Part shown: positions 30,663-40,557 of the stretch, in pieces
How positions within the stretch are numbered: position 1 is the first letter of the stretch
Layout: every line of letters starts with the position of its first letter
Origin: an uncultured Candidatus Saccharibacteria bacterium
GTDB taxonomy: Bacteria; Patescibacteriota; Minisyncoccia; Phycocordibacterales; UBA9973
DNA: 64,000 nt
Direction: 5' to 3'
NCBI GenBank assembly: GCA_964634365.1
Contig: CAZWJU010000002.1
Span: forward strand, 103,150-167,149
Made by a program: the position numbers and the translations under genes
Notes under the pieces: generated by a model
Told to the model about the DNA's origin: nothing
What the model saw: the letters and a program-made list of their open reading frames with translations, nothing else
The model's database searches: none

Positions 30663-31049
30663 AAAAATCTACAACCCGCCTCTGGCGGGTTTTTTTCTAA
30701 TCATTACTTTTTCAAAAAAGTAATGCAAAAATTTCTTTGCGTATAACTCTGTGTATATTCACGAAACTCGGACTCACTAAAAGTATTAACTCGGCTACCA
30801 CCTCAAACAGAATACTTTTTCCTAACGGAACGTTCGTCCTCGTTTGTTCATATATACACAGAGTTATAAGGCAAAGCTAGGGCCCAAATACACCAATCCA
30901 TACTTTTAAAAAGTCTTGCGCAGCCGGGCAGGCGAGCAGAGCAAAAATCTAGCAAGATTTTATGCGTGCTTTTTAAAAGTTATGGATAAAAGAAAGTTTT
31001 CCGGAAACTAGGCTCTGAGTTACTGTAGACGTGATGTGGGTTACAAAAA
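30663..31049. repeat. Dispersed structured intergenic repeat, copy 1 (domains A and B)
   Basis: Homologous to 38130-38579 and 56336-56820; nested inverted repeats. Confidence 0.9.
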
Positions 31050-31083
31050 CAATAAAAAATCCCCAGAGGGGATTTTTTATTGT

Positions 31084-31389
31084 TTATCCTATTTGATTCA
31101 TTACTGACATACTTTCTCTTTGAAATTTTTCTGCTTCTTCTTTTGCAATATTTTCGAAATCAGAAACATTTTCTCGCAAGAATCCAATTATCATCTCAGG
31201 AGATGCGTCTTTGTCTAGCATCTCTTCAAATTCTGACTGGAGATTCTCTGGCATACCATCCATAACTCTCATCAATATCCCTTGAAATATTAGTGAGCCA
31301 ATCCGCTCAATAATATCATTTTGCTCGTCTTCTGAAAGGGAGCTGAGATTATATGCATTTATAATTGTTTGACGTAATTTTTGATCCAT
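31084..31389 (-). CDS. Small acidic helical protein (DUF5663-like)
   Basis: LSSLSEDEQNDIIERIG...L..EE pattern. Confidence 0.7.
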   Translation of the reverse strand: MDQKLRQTIINAYNLSSLSEDEQNDIIERIGSLIFQGILMRVMDGMPENLQSEFEEMLDKDASPEMIIGFLRENVSDFENIAKEEAEKFQRESMSVMNQIG

Positions 31390-31411
31390 ATTTTTTAGTT
31401 TAAATTAATAA

Positions 31412-34400
31412 TTATTTTGCATTTTGTATCTCAGCTTTTTCCAACAATTCTATGTATTGTTGCAATCCCATACCAGACTGTGGAGGAATATCATATTTAT
31501 TTGCGATCTTTTCTATAGCATCCAACATTTTATTGATTGAATTTGTATCAGCTTTTGAAGCAGTTTCAATTATCTTTCCAGAAGCATCTTGGTAATTTCC
31601 ATCAAAATTTATTGAGTGATTAATATTACCCAATTCATCTGTTTCATATATTGAATCTGCTGGATAATTCTTCCAAATTTCCCATGTTCTTGTGTTAACA
31701 CCTTCAACAGAACTGTTATCTAGGTATTTATTTATGAAATCAGTAGTATTTTGTTGCACTTCTATAGATAGTTGGTCTGGAGTTACTTCTGGTGCATTTG
31801 GCGCACTTGCATCTACTGATACATCTGGTGTTTCAGGTGTATTTGCATCTGGGGCAGAAGCATCTATTGTTCCGCTACTGCCACCCATCTGACCTCCAGT
31901 ATTAGTATTTAAATCTATAAGCTTTCCTCCAGATAAAGGTGTGTTGTCTAGACCAGAAGCTCCCATTTGATTTTGGCCTATACCTGTAGCCGCATCAATA
32001 CTTCCACCCATCTGTCCAGAACCAGAATCTACTGTATCTGCAACACTTGGCTCTGCTTCTAGTGTTCCACCACTTTTTGTTCCGCGATAAATATACTCTG
32101 TATCATCTGGAGTTGCTTCAAACGGAGAACCTGCACTATGAGTTTCAATCAATTTTCCATCAATAAATTCTCTTACACCAAAACTTCCGTCTGGCATCTT
32201 TGTTATAACGTATGAAGAGTGTCCGATTGTGTCATATCCAAGTCGAAGTTCTGTACCATGGTTGAAATATCCTGTGCTGATAGCTAGTCTATGAGCTTCA
32301 CCTTGTGCAAAAGTATGCAAACTAGAACTTCCATCCCATCCCATAGAACGAGCCAAGTCTGGATCTGCTTCAATCTGACGTATAAACAAGTGCTCCACAC
32401 CATCTCCAGGTCGTACAGTAGCAAGAGGGTTTATAGTCTCAATCTCTGGCTCTGGTGGTGGAGTGTGATCAACAACTGGACCTGTGCTCTCGTTTGCATT
32501 TTCAGCAGCAAAGTGTCCCGCCATAAGACCCGCTCCAATGCTTGAACCCATTCTTATGCCGGCATTTATATAGCGATTTACTTTTTCCAATTTTTTCTTT
32601 TTCTTCAATTCTGCTCCAAATCTATCTTCTTGAGCCTTCAGCCATTCTTCGGAGAATTCTCCCTCTCCTGTGCCTTGGCCTAGTGCCTTTTTATTTTTCT
32701 CGAATCTCTTATCGATCTTTTTCTGACTAAAGAATAGACTTTTTAGTCCTATACCTGCCTCTCCTGCTAGTGCACCACCTACTACACGTGCACCAACACC
32801 AACCGCCACTCCTCCAAGTGCTGCCAAGCTTCCAGCAGAAAATGCTGCAACACCTGTTCCTATGGCAATAGATAGAGCTACGCGCTTGTATCTAGGTTTT
32901 ACCTTGCCGTACCATTGTAGTGCTTTTAGGAGCACACCCTGTTCTCTCTTTGGAAGTGCTTCTATTTTTTCCTGGGCTAGTATATCTCCTTCGTCTAAGA
33001 TAATTTTTCTAAACAAAGTACCGGATTTATATTCAGCGAGCGCTTGTGCCTTTTGTTCATCTGTTTGATTTGTCTTTTCAAGCCGAGCTTTTTCTCTTGC
33101 ATACAATTCATTACCAAAAATAACTTTAGCGCCTTCGTAATTCTTTTTAGCTTCGTTGTATGCTATTAGCTTTGCATTGTCTTCTGGTAAATCTTCGGTA
33201 GAAATCTTTTCACCGCCAATTTTTGCCCACATTTTTTGGAAGATATTACGCTTGCTCTTCATCACACTTTGTCGTTCAGAGAGCATCTCCTCATATGCTT
33301 TCATGTATGCATCACGTGAAGCATCAAGATTTTGTGAAGGTGACATTTCTTTCTCTTTATTCTTTTTCTCTGTATCTTCTAGAGGAGTTTCATCTTTTTC
33401 TTCTGACAAAATATCTTCTGGTTTTTGATCTTTAGATTCTTCTGTACCAGATGTTGATACAATCTCAAATGCATCACTTCTGAGCGCGCCCACCATCTCT
33501 CTTTCACTCTCTGATCTCTTTTCTCCAGTTTTGTTATTTTCAAATTCAAAAATCTTGTTACCATTTTTATCAGTAACAACTCTGATTAGAGTATATTCAT
33601 CTCCACTATCTCTACCTTTTACAACTGCTCCTATATCGAGGTCGTTTATAGTGTTTTTTATTGCTCCAATATCAATCTCTGGTCTTTCTATCTTTCCAAT
33701 ATTTTCACTTGGAGAATCTATAGCAACCTTGCCGAGACTAAACATACTAGCTAACTCTTTAGCAGAATATGTCATAACCTCACCATTTGCACGTTTTTCA
33801 AGTGTATATATTTTTTGTTTTTTCTTGCCTTTACCTTTGGTTTCAATATTTACAATATTTGCATATTCATCCTTTTCAACTCCGTATAAAACATCTCCTA
33901 TCGCAAGACCCTCTACACGAGCATCTGCACCCTCCTTTGTCATAGAAATGGAACTTTCTACTGGAGTTTTTTCTGTTTCTTCTTCTAAGTCAGGATTTTC
34001 AGTTTTATTAATTTCCCAAGTTTGACCAACAAGCTCTACGTTTGGATTCGATTCAAAAAACTTGCGAGTATCTTCTTCGTTCATAACTACAGGCGTCTTA
34101 CTCTTACCAGCTCTATATGAAACTTTTCCATTTTCTACTTTAACAATCTCGTATTTAAAAGAAGGTTTATCAGTATCTGCATACTCTTGGCCAGCCATAA
34201 TCTTTATTCCATTTCCAAGATCTAAAACATTTTCTGCTTTTATATCTTTATCTTCGTTTTTAGGTGCAGTTTTTTTGTTTATAGATTTTTTATCTATACC
34301 TAAACCAACTTTTCCAATCGCTCTTGCATAAAAAAGCTCTTTATCATTGTGAGAAGACCCATCGTCCAGATTGAAAGTTCTTACACCTCTTTTGCTTGTT

Positions 34401-34756
34401 GTGATACTTTGCACGATTCTTGTCTCTTTTGTCTGATTGAAATATAGAGGAGTGCCTTCTGTGATCTTGTCCAAAAATTTATTGGCTTCTTCGCGCACAG
34501 ACTCAGGTATAGCTTCTCTATCCTGTGTAGGCTTATCATCTTTTGCTTTTGTCTTTGCAGTAGACCTTGCTGAAGGTTTTTTACCAGACCCCGCTTTTGG
34601 TTCTGATTTTTTATCCTTTTCTAAAGCTCCAAGTATTTTATTTTTTAGATCACCCAACCCAGCTGAACTTTTTTCTATATCAACCTCAAGTTTTTTTGCT
34701 TGTTCCAAAAGCTCTTCATCAGTTAGTTTTTTTATTTCTGGCTCTTTTTCACTCAT
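31412..34756 (-). CDS. Giant hypothetical protein: four tandem small beta-domain repeats, Gly/Ala-rich hydrophobic helices, LysM-like segment
   Basis: 1114-aa ORF; internal repeats seen by eye; TVRPGDGVEHLF. Confidence 0.8.
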   Translation of the reverse strand: MSEKEPEIKKLTDEELLEQAKKLEVDIEKSSAGLGDLKNKILGALEKDKKSEPKAGSGKKPSARSTAKTKAKDDKPTQDREAIPESVREEANKFLDKITEGTPLYFNQTKETRIVQSITTSKRGVRTFNLDDGSSHNDKELFYARAIGKVGLGIDKKSINKKTAPKNEDKDIKAENVLDLGNGIKIMAGQEYADTDKPSFKYEIVKVENGKVSYRAGKSKTPVVMNEEDTRKFFESNPNVELVGQTWEINKTENPDLEEETEKTPVESSISMTKEGADARVEGLAIGDVLYGVEKDEYANIVNIETKGKGKKKQKIYTLEKRANGEVMTYSAKELASMFSLGKVAIDSPSENIGKIERPEIDIGAIKNTINDLDIGAVVKGRDSGDEYTLIRVVTDKNGNKIFEFENNKTGEKRSESEREMVGALRSDAFEIVSTSGTEESKDQKPEDILSEEKDETPLEDTEKKNKEKEMSPSQNLDASRDAYMKAYEEMLSERQSVMKSKRNIFQKMWAKIGGEKISTEDLPEDNAKLIAYNEAKKNYEGAKVIFGNELYAREKARLEKTNQTDEQKAQALAEYKSGTLFRKIILDEGDILAQEKIEALPKREQGVLLKALQWYGKVKPRYKRVALSIAIGTGVAAFSAGSLAALGGVAVGVGARVVGGALAGEAGIGLKSLFFSQKKIDKRFEKNKKALGQGTGEGEFSEEWLKAQEDRFGAELKKKKKLEKVNRYINAGIRMGSSIGAGLMAGHFAAENANESTGPVVDHTPPPEPEIETINPLATVRPGDGVEHLFIRQIEADPDLARSMGWDGSSSLHTFAQGEAHRLAISTGYFNHGTELRLGYDTIGHSSYVITKMPDGSFGVREFIDGKLIETHSAGSPFEATPDDTEYIYRGTKSGGTLEAEPSVADTVDSGSGQMGGSIDAATGIGQNQMGASGLDNTPLSGGKLIDLNTNTGGQMGGSSGTIDASAPDANTPETPDVSVDASAPNAPEVTPDQLSIEVQQNTTDFINKYLDNSSVEGVNTRTWEIWKNYPADSIYETDELGNINHSINFDGNYQDASGKIIETASKADTNSINKMLDAIEKIANKYDIPPQSGMGLQQYIELLEKAEIQNAK

Positions 34757-34783
34757 ATATTTTAGATAAAATTGATAATTGTT

Positions 34784-36700
34784 TTATAGACCTCTTTTTT
34801 TAATCTCTTCTTTTAATTTTTCCAACAAATCTTTCTTCTCTTTGAGATTCTCTTCCTCTATCTCAACTGTTTTTAAAAGTATACCAAGATATTCCCTTTT
34901 TGTGACTCTGTCTTCTGTGATATCTTCGGATTTGTATTCTCTACGTTCGGAATATTGAAAATCTTTTAATTTGTCTTTTGGGATATCTCTAGGGGGATTG
35001 TCTTTGTTGTATCGTGTCTTTTTATAGTGCGTATAGGTATACAAAGTTCGTCCTTCAAATACAGTAAAAGGGTGTTTGATTATAAATTCATTTTCTCCTC
35101 TTACAGGCAAGATAAAATCACCCTGCTCAAAAGAAATTTGGGCTTCTTCTATAAAACGCTTTATTTGAGCTTCAATTATACTTTCTTTGTTTTCATATTT
35201 TAAAAGATCCTTGAGTTTATTTCTTTTATCAAAAATTTCTTTTTGTAAATTATCCTTCAGGGCATGCTCATCTCTTGTTTTCGGTGATTTCAAACCTCTA
35301 AGTTGCTTTTCCAGTTCGTCTATATCATCTGCCAATGAATCTATGAATCCCTGAGACTCTCTTTTTATTTCAGGATTTTCATCTGTAGTAGGGATAAATT
35401 CTCCAGAAGAAATCATTTCCCCAAACTCTTTATTGCTTATTTTTTTAACCACATTTTTACCTGTAGCGTAATTAAAAGGCCCTTCTAGTAAGACAAAGTC
35501 TTTGTTTTCATAAAAATCAAACCCCTCTTCTTTATTTAAATCTACAGGTTCTTCTTCAGAACGGATCGAATCAACAACTCTAAATATTGTTCCAGTTTTT
35601 TTATCTAAAAATTTTTCTCCTCTATATACTTTAATATCAGAATCTTTATATGGACTATTTTTTTCAAGAATAGATGTCAACTTATCAAAAATAATATCTG
35701 CATTTAATCCAATACCTTTGTCATCAGAGACAATATCTTTGAATTTTGAACTGTTTTGATTCTTTTCTCCTTTTCTAATTATTTCTTGCTTTCTATCTTT
35801 TGATAGACTCTTGATTTGCTTCTTTGTCCAACCAAGTTCCATAAGCGCATTGACCTCTTTCATTGCTTCAATCTGTTCGGTATTTCCTACACCTTGATCC
35901 TCTTGGTTATCGTCATCCTCTCCTATAGAATCCAAATTTAAGTCTTCTAAATTTTTAATCACCTTTGTAGGTTTTTTATTTTTTACAGATGCACGAATAC
36001 TTTTAACTGATGGTTTTTCTTCAACAGACTCTTCTGTTGATACTTCTTCTCCAGAATTATCTTTGTCTATTGTATTTCCATCCGCAACTTCATCTGCAAT
36101 ATCTTCCGACGCACTTTCTTTTGTTTCAATACTGTGTGTTTTCATGTATTTATCTACAATAGAAACAATAGAAGATATCATGGATTCGTCTTTTGTATGT
36201 ATTTCATTTTGAATTTCTTTTTGAATTGAAGATATTTGACCTGCCTCAAAAGACTCAATTATCTTCTTTATCTTTTTACGATCAGCTACTTTTATTTTTT
36301 TTGAAGAAGCTTCAATCTCTTCAATCAATTCACTAGCATCAAAAATCCCAACTGGGATTTCTGTGTCTTCTTCTTGTTCTGGGCCAGAGATATTTTCTGC
36401 TCGTTCTATTGAACCATTCATATCAATAGAGCCTACTATATTATGACTTCTCATATATTCATTGAACGCATCTGCAATCAGCGAAGCTTCATCTTTTGTA
36501 AGCTTTCCGGAATTTCGAAGTATCACAAGAATTCTTTTTATAGATTCTGGGTCTTTGTTTTTAGAAAATAAGGCTATAGGCTTCTCTAGTCTTGATTTGA
36601 TAAAAAGATAGTTTGAAATATCCTTTAAAATTTGCTCGTCCAAATAGGCTATGATTTGAATAGGGTTAATATCTGAAACCTTTGGGGGTTGTTCTGACAT
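34784..36700 (-). CDS. Large charged hypothetical protein
   Basis: 638-aa ORF with consensus promoter directly upstream. Confidence 0.75.
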   Translation of the reverse strand: MSEQPPKVSDINPIQIIAYLDEQILKDISNYLFIKSRLEKPIALFSKNKDPESIKRILVILRNSGKLTKDEASLIADAFNEYMRSHNIVGSIDMNGSIERAENISGPEQEEDTEIPVGIFDASELIEEIEASSKKIKVADRKKIKKIIESFEAGQISSIQKEIQNEIHTKDESMISSIVSIVDKYMKTHSIETKESASEDIADEVADGNTIDKDNSGEEVSTEESVEEKPSVKSIRASVKNKKPTKVIKNLEDLNLDSIGEDDDNQEDQGVGNTEQIEAMKEVNALMELGWTKKQIKSLSKDRKQEIIRKGEKNQNSSKFKDIVSDDKGIGLNADIIFDKLTSILEKNSPYKDSDIKVYRGEKFLDKKTGTIFRVVDSIRSEEEPVDLNKEEGFDFYENKDFVLLEGPFNYATGKNVVKKISNKEFGEMISSGEFIPTTDENPEIKRESQGFIDSLADDIDELEKQLRGLKSPKTRDEHALKDNLQKEIFDKRNKLKDLLKYENKESIIEAQIKRFIEEAQISFEQGDFILPVRGENEFIIKHPFTVFEGRTLYTYTHYKKTRYNKDNPPRDIPKDKLKDFQYSERREYKSEDITEDRVTKREYLGILLKTVEIEEENLKEKKDLLEKLKEEIKKRGL

Positions 36701-36711
36701 ATTGTACTTTA

Positions 36712-36739
36712 ATTATACTAAAATTTTTAATTTTGTCAA
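36712..36739 (-). promoter_or_regulatory. sigma70 promoter TTGACA-16-TATAAT
   Basis: Perfect hexamers ending 11 nt upstream of ATG 36700. Confidence 0.8.
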
Positions 36740-37055
36740 ATTTTAAGAATTTTCTGTAATCCACAGGGTGTGGATATAGTTCGTTGACTGGACTGCCAGT
36801 ATCGGATACCCTCTAATATGTAGGGTTCATATAGATAAGTATACCTTATTTTATATAATCCCTAATACAGATATCCCCATAAAGCTATATTTTGATAGAT
36901 TTTCCGGACGATTGTAACCCCAAAACAGTCAAAAAAGCTTGTAGTTACTACATTTTTGGTCACCTACATGCGACTAGTGGAGGGAAATAAAACAGCCTAT
37001 AAAACCTCAAATAAAAGATTCCGGCCTGAAAAACACAGATAATTCAAGGGGTCAG

Positions 37056-38120
37056 ATGAAAATAGCCTTATATAATAAGCTTCCTACCAAAGAAGTTTGT
37101 TTTTCTATATCTATAATAGGAGCTTTTGTAATGTTCCCGCTTAGAACAGAGGCCAACATATTGTCGATTTTTGGTCTTGGTTCTACCACAGAAGTATATG
37201 CCGAAACTAGTAACGCAGAGCAAAACTCACAAACAATGCCTATTTTGATGGCTTATCATAGCCCAGATCCTACTCAAGTTCTTATAGAAAAGACTGTAAC
37301 TATAGACGACGGGGCTCTTCAGTCTGAAATTGGACCACTTGGTACACTTGCAGACGTTGTAGAATACGACTTCCCAGAAAGCGACGAGATCAGTCTATAT
37401 GTTGTAAGATCTGGAGATTCTATAGGGGCAATTGCTGAAATGTATGGTGTTTCTGTAAACACAATAATGTGGGCAAATGATCTCAAAAAAGGAGACAGTC
37501 TAAAGGAAGGTCAAATGTTGACAATACTACCAATAACAGGAGTTAGACACGTTGTTAAAAAAGGAGAAACAATTTTTAGTATTGCAAAAAAGTTTAATGC
37601 TGATGCAAAAGAAATAGCCCAATTCAATGGAATCATAGAAACAGCCTCTTTAAGAGCAGGCGAAATACTTCTTATACCAGATGGAGAAATTGCAGCTCCA
37701 AAAGTAACCAAGACCACTAAAACATCATCGTCTGGTAAAAAAGAAAGAACCTGGGGAACAAATGCACCTGAACAAAAAGGTTATTATATAAGACCACTAT
37801 CTGGAGGAAGAAAATCTCAAGGGCTTCATGGTTTCAACGGCATAGATATCGCTGCACCAATTGGAACACCAATATATGCATCAGCAAGTGGAACAGTGAT
37901 CGTCTCTAGATCAGGCGGATGGGGTGGAGGCTATGGAAGTTATGTAGTTATAAGACATGCAAACGGTACACAAACTCTATATGCACACATGTCTAAAGTA
38001 TCCGTACCTCTAGGAGCAACAGTTACACAAGGACAAGTTATCGGTGCTGTAGGAAATACAGGAAGATCAACTGGCCCACACTTGCACTTCGAGGTTCGTG
38101 GAGCAAAAAATCCATTTTAA
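37056..38120 (+). CDS. LysM x2 plus M23 peptidoglycan endopeptidase
   Basis: YVVRSGDSIGAIA, HVVKKGETIFSIA; GIDIAA, YAHM, STGPHLHFEV. Confidence 0.93.
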   Translation: MKIALYNKLPTKEVCFSISIIGAFVMFPLRTEANILSIFGLGSTTEVYAETSNAEQNSQTMPILMAYHSPDPTQVLIEKTVTIDDGALQSEIGPLGTLADVVEYDFPESDEISLYVVRSGDSIGAIAEMYGVSVNTIMWANDLKKGDSLKEGQMLTILPITGVRHVVKKGETIFSIAKKFNADAKEIAQFNGIIETASLRAGEILLIPDGEIAAPKVTKTTKTSSSGKKERTWGTNAPEQKGYYIRPLSGGRKSQGLHGFNGIDIAAPIGTPIYASASGTVIVSRSGGWGGGYGSYVVIRHANGTQTLYAHMSKVSVPLGATVTQGQVIGAVGNTGRSTGPHLHFEVRGAKNPF

Positions 38121-38129
38121 ATAAAAAGA

Positions 38130-38579
38130 TTCGAAAGAAAAAATCCCCTCCGGGGATTTTTTCTTTTATTTAAAATAAAAATCTACAACCCGCCTCTGGC
38201 GGGGTTCATTTTTTAATCATTACTTTTTTAAAAAAGTAATGCAAAAACTTCTTTGCATGTATGAAAAATCTAGCTCACAACACGATAGCTCGTTAAAAAT
38301 ATTAACTCGCCCCGCAGGCTCAAAGCGGGGCTCAAACAGAATATTTTTTACTCCGTAACACTCGCTCTCGTGTGTTCACTTACGATTTTTCATGCAAGGC
38401 AAAGCTAGGGTTCAAATACACCAATCCATACTTTTAAAAAGACTAGCGAGTGTGGCGACACGAGCTCGAGGAATTTTCTAGCAAGAAAATATCCGTGCTT
38501 TTTAAAAGTGATGGATAAAATAAAGTTTTCCGGAAACTAGACTCTGAGTTACTGTGGACGTGATATGGGTTACAAAAAA
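38130..38579. repeat. Dispersed structured intergenic repeat, copy 2
   Basis: Same module order as copy 1 with compensatory stem changes. Confidence 0.9.
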
Positions 38580-38598
38580 CAAAAACCCTTACGGGTTT

Positions 38599-39708
38599 CT
38601 ATTTCAAAGCTTTTATTCCAGGAAGCGTCCCTTTAGCCAAAAATTCTAAAGTAGCACCACCACCAGTAGAAACAAAAGTAAATTTATCTTCCATTTTCAT
38701 CTTGGACACAAGCGCAACCGTATCACCACCACCAATTATTGTCTTCGCTTTTGATTTAGCCAAGATTTTCAGTAGAGCAACAGTACCGTGATCGAAACCT
38801 GCTTCGTACTCTCCTGTCGGACCGTTCCATAGGACAAATTTTGATTTTTTTATTAGTATTTCAAACTCTCTTATTGTTCTATCTCCTATATCTACAATCT
38901 TATCCATCTTGCCCACCTCATCTATGCCTTTGGTTAGTCTTCCCCCGTCTTTACCAGTAACCACAACATCGACAGGTAACAGTAGTTTTGGATTGTTTAT
39001 TATTTTACTTATTCCATATTCTCCTTTTTCTACGAGAGATCTACCGACTTCAAAAGAAGCTTCTTTGAAAAAGTTGTTCATCAGCGCACCTGTAACCACT
39101 ACTCTATCTGCATCCTTTAGAAACTTTTTTATGAGAGGCATCTTTGTATCAAACTTTGCTCCACCTAAAATAAATAAAAATGGTCTTTTAGGTTTGTCTA
39201 GAACAATTGATAAGTTTTTAATTTCTTTTTCAAATTGAAATCCAACATATGATGGTAAGTATTTTGGAATCCCGACAATAGATGCGTGTTCTCTATGTGA
39301 AACCGGGAAGGCTTCATTTACATAAATATCAGCAAAACTAGCTAGATGTTTTGCAAATTTAGAATAATTTTCTTTTTCACCGATTTGTCGACGAATATTT
39401 TCTAGCAAAACAATTTCCCCTTTTTTTAGATCAATAGATTTTGGAACAGGTCCATCTATAAACCTAACTTTTATATGTTTATTTAAAAATTTTGCGACAG
39501 GTAAAAGTGTCTGTGCATCTTTTTGTAAATCAGAATGAGATACGAGTATTATCGAAGCTCCTTTTTTTTGTAGATACTGTATTGTAGGAAGTGCTTTTAA
39601 TATTCTAGTAGAATCTATTATTTTATCTCCTTCGATCGGAACATTAAAATCTGTTCTCAATAGAACTTTTTTACCTTTTAAATTTTTAATACTTTTTACT
39701 GATTTCAT
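38599..39708 (-). CDS. pgk: Phosphoglycerate kinase
   Basis: RTDFNVP, LLENIR, GGAK, WNGP, GGGDT, STGGGA. Confidence 0.96.
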   Translation of the reverse strand: MKSVKSIKNLKGKKVLLRTDFNVPIEGDKIIDSTRILKALPTIQYLQKKGASIILVSHSDLQKDAQTLLPVAKFLNKHIKVRFIDGPVPKSIDLKKGEIVLLENIRRQIGEKENYSKFAKHLASFADIYVNEAFPVSHREHASIVGIPKYLPSYVGFQFEKEIKNLSIVLDKPKRPFLFILGGAKFDTKMPLIKKFLKDADRVVVTGALMNNFFKEASFEVGRSLVEKGEYGISKIINNPKLLLPVDVVVTGKDGGRLTKGIDEVGKMDKIVDIGDRTIREFEILIKKSKFVLWNGPTGEYEAGFDHGTVALLKILAKSKAKTIIGGGDTVALVSKMKMEDKFTFVSTGGGATLEFLAKGTLPGIKALK

Positions 39709-39724
39709 CCCAAAATTGTAGCAT

Positions 39725-39751
39725 AAAACCCGCCAATTTTGGCGGGTTTTA
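39725..39751 (-). terminator. Terminator-like hairpin between tpiA and pgk
   Basis: ATAAAACCCGCCA/TGGCGGGTTTTAT. Confidence 0.7.
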
Positions 39752-39755
39752 TGCT

Positions 39756-40520
39756 CTATATAGAATCTATTGCCTCTATTATTTTTTCAAACTCTTTTGG
39801 ATTCAAACTCGCCCTACCAACCAGAAAACCATCTACACCCCCGTTCATCACAAAATCCCGAGCGCCTTTTGAGTCTACTGAACCACCATAGATTATCTTA
39901 GGTGCTTGAGTATTCTTTGCACCGAACTTATCGGACAAAACTTTGCGTATATATATAACCATTTCTTCGCATTCGCTTGGTGTTGCCACACGCACCGCAT
40001 CTTTCCCAATTGCCCACACAGGCTCATAGGCTATGATTATTTTTGATAGATCACTTGGTCGCAAGCCTTCGAGAGATGCATCTACTTGAGTTTTTACCGT
40101 ATGCAAATACCATGCATCTCCTGTTCGCTCTTTCTCTCCCACACATAGTATTGGTGTTATACCAGATTTTATAGCCATCTTAATCTTCTGATTTATAAAA
40201 GCATCATCTTCACCCATCGCTCTACGTTCAGAGTGACCCACAATAGTATATGAAACTTTAAAATCCTTGAGCATTTTTACTGATATCTCCCCTGTAAAAG
40301 ACCCTACCTGGTCAGAGTGAATATTTTGAACACCGAGTGAGCATTTTGTAGAAGAAGATTTGTATAGCGCCGACAAAAAAACAAACGGCGCACATACAAC
40401 TACAGAGGTTTTTTTATTTTTTTGAGATACAGATTTAGTAAGAGAAAATAGTTTTACTGCGTCTTTTAAGTTAGACGGGTTCATCTTCCAATTCGCAATT
40501 ACAATTTTCTTGATTATCAT
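39756..40520 (-). CDS. tpiA: Triosephosphate isomerase
   Basis: ANWKMN, GHSERR, AYEPVWAIG, YGGSV. Confidence 0.97.
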   Translation of the reverse strand: MIIKKIVIANWKMNPSNLKDAVKLFSLTKSVSQKNKKTSVVVCAPFVFLSALYKSSSTKCSLGVQNIHSDQVGSFTGEISVKMLKDFKVSYTIVGHSERRAMGEDDAFINQKIKMAIKSGITPILCVGEKERTGDAWYLHTVKTQVDASLEGLRPSDLSKIIIAYEPVWAIGKDAVRVATPSECEEMVIYIRKVLSDKFGAKNTQAPKIIYGGSVDSKGARDFVMNGGVDGFLVGRASLNPKEFEKIIEAIDSI

Positions 40521-40557
40521 AAATTATATTATAACAGAATATGTTTTATGATAAAAA

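Noticed and set aside
36840-37055. c-di-AMP (ydaO) riboswitch upstream of the LysM-M23 gene
   Set aside because: Conserved ydaO motifs were not found
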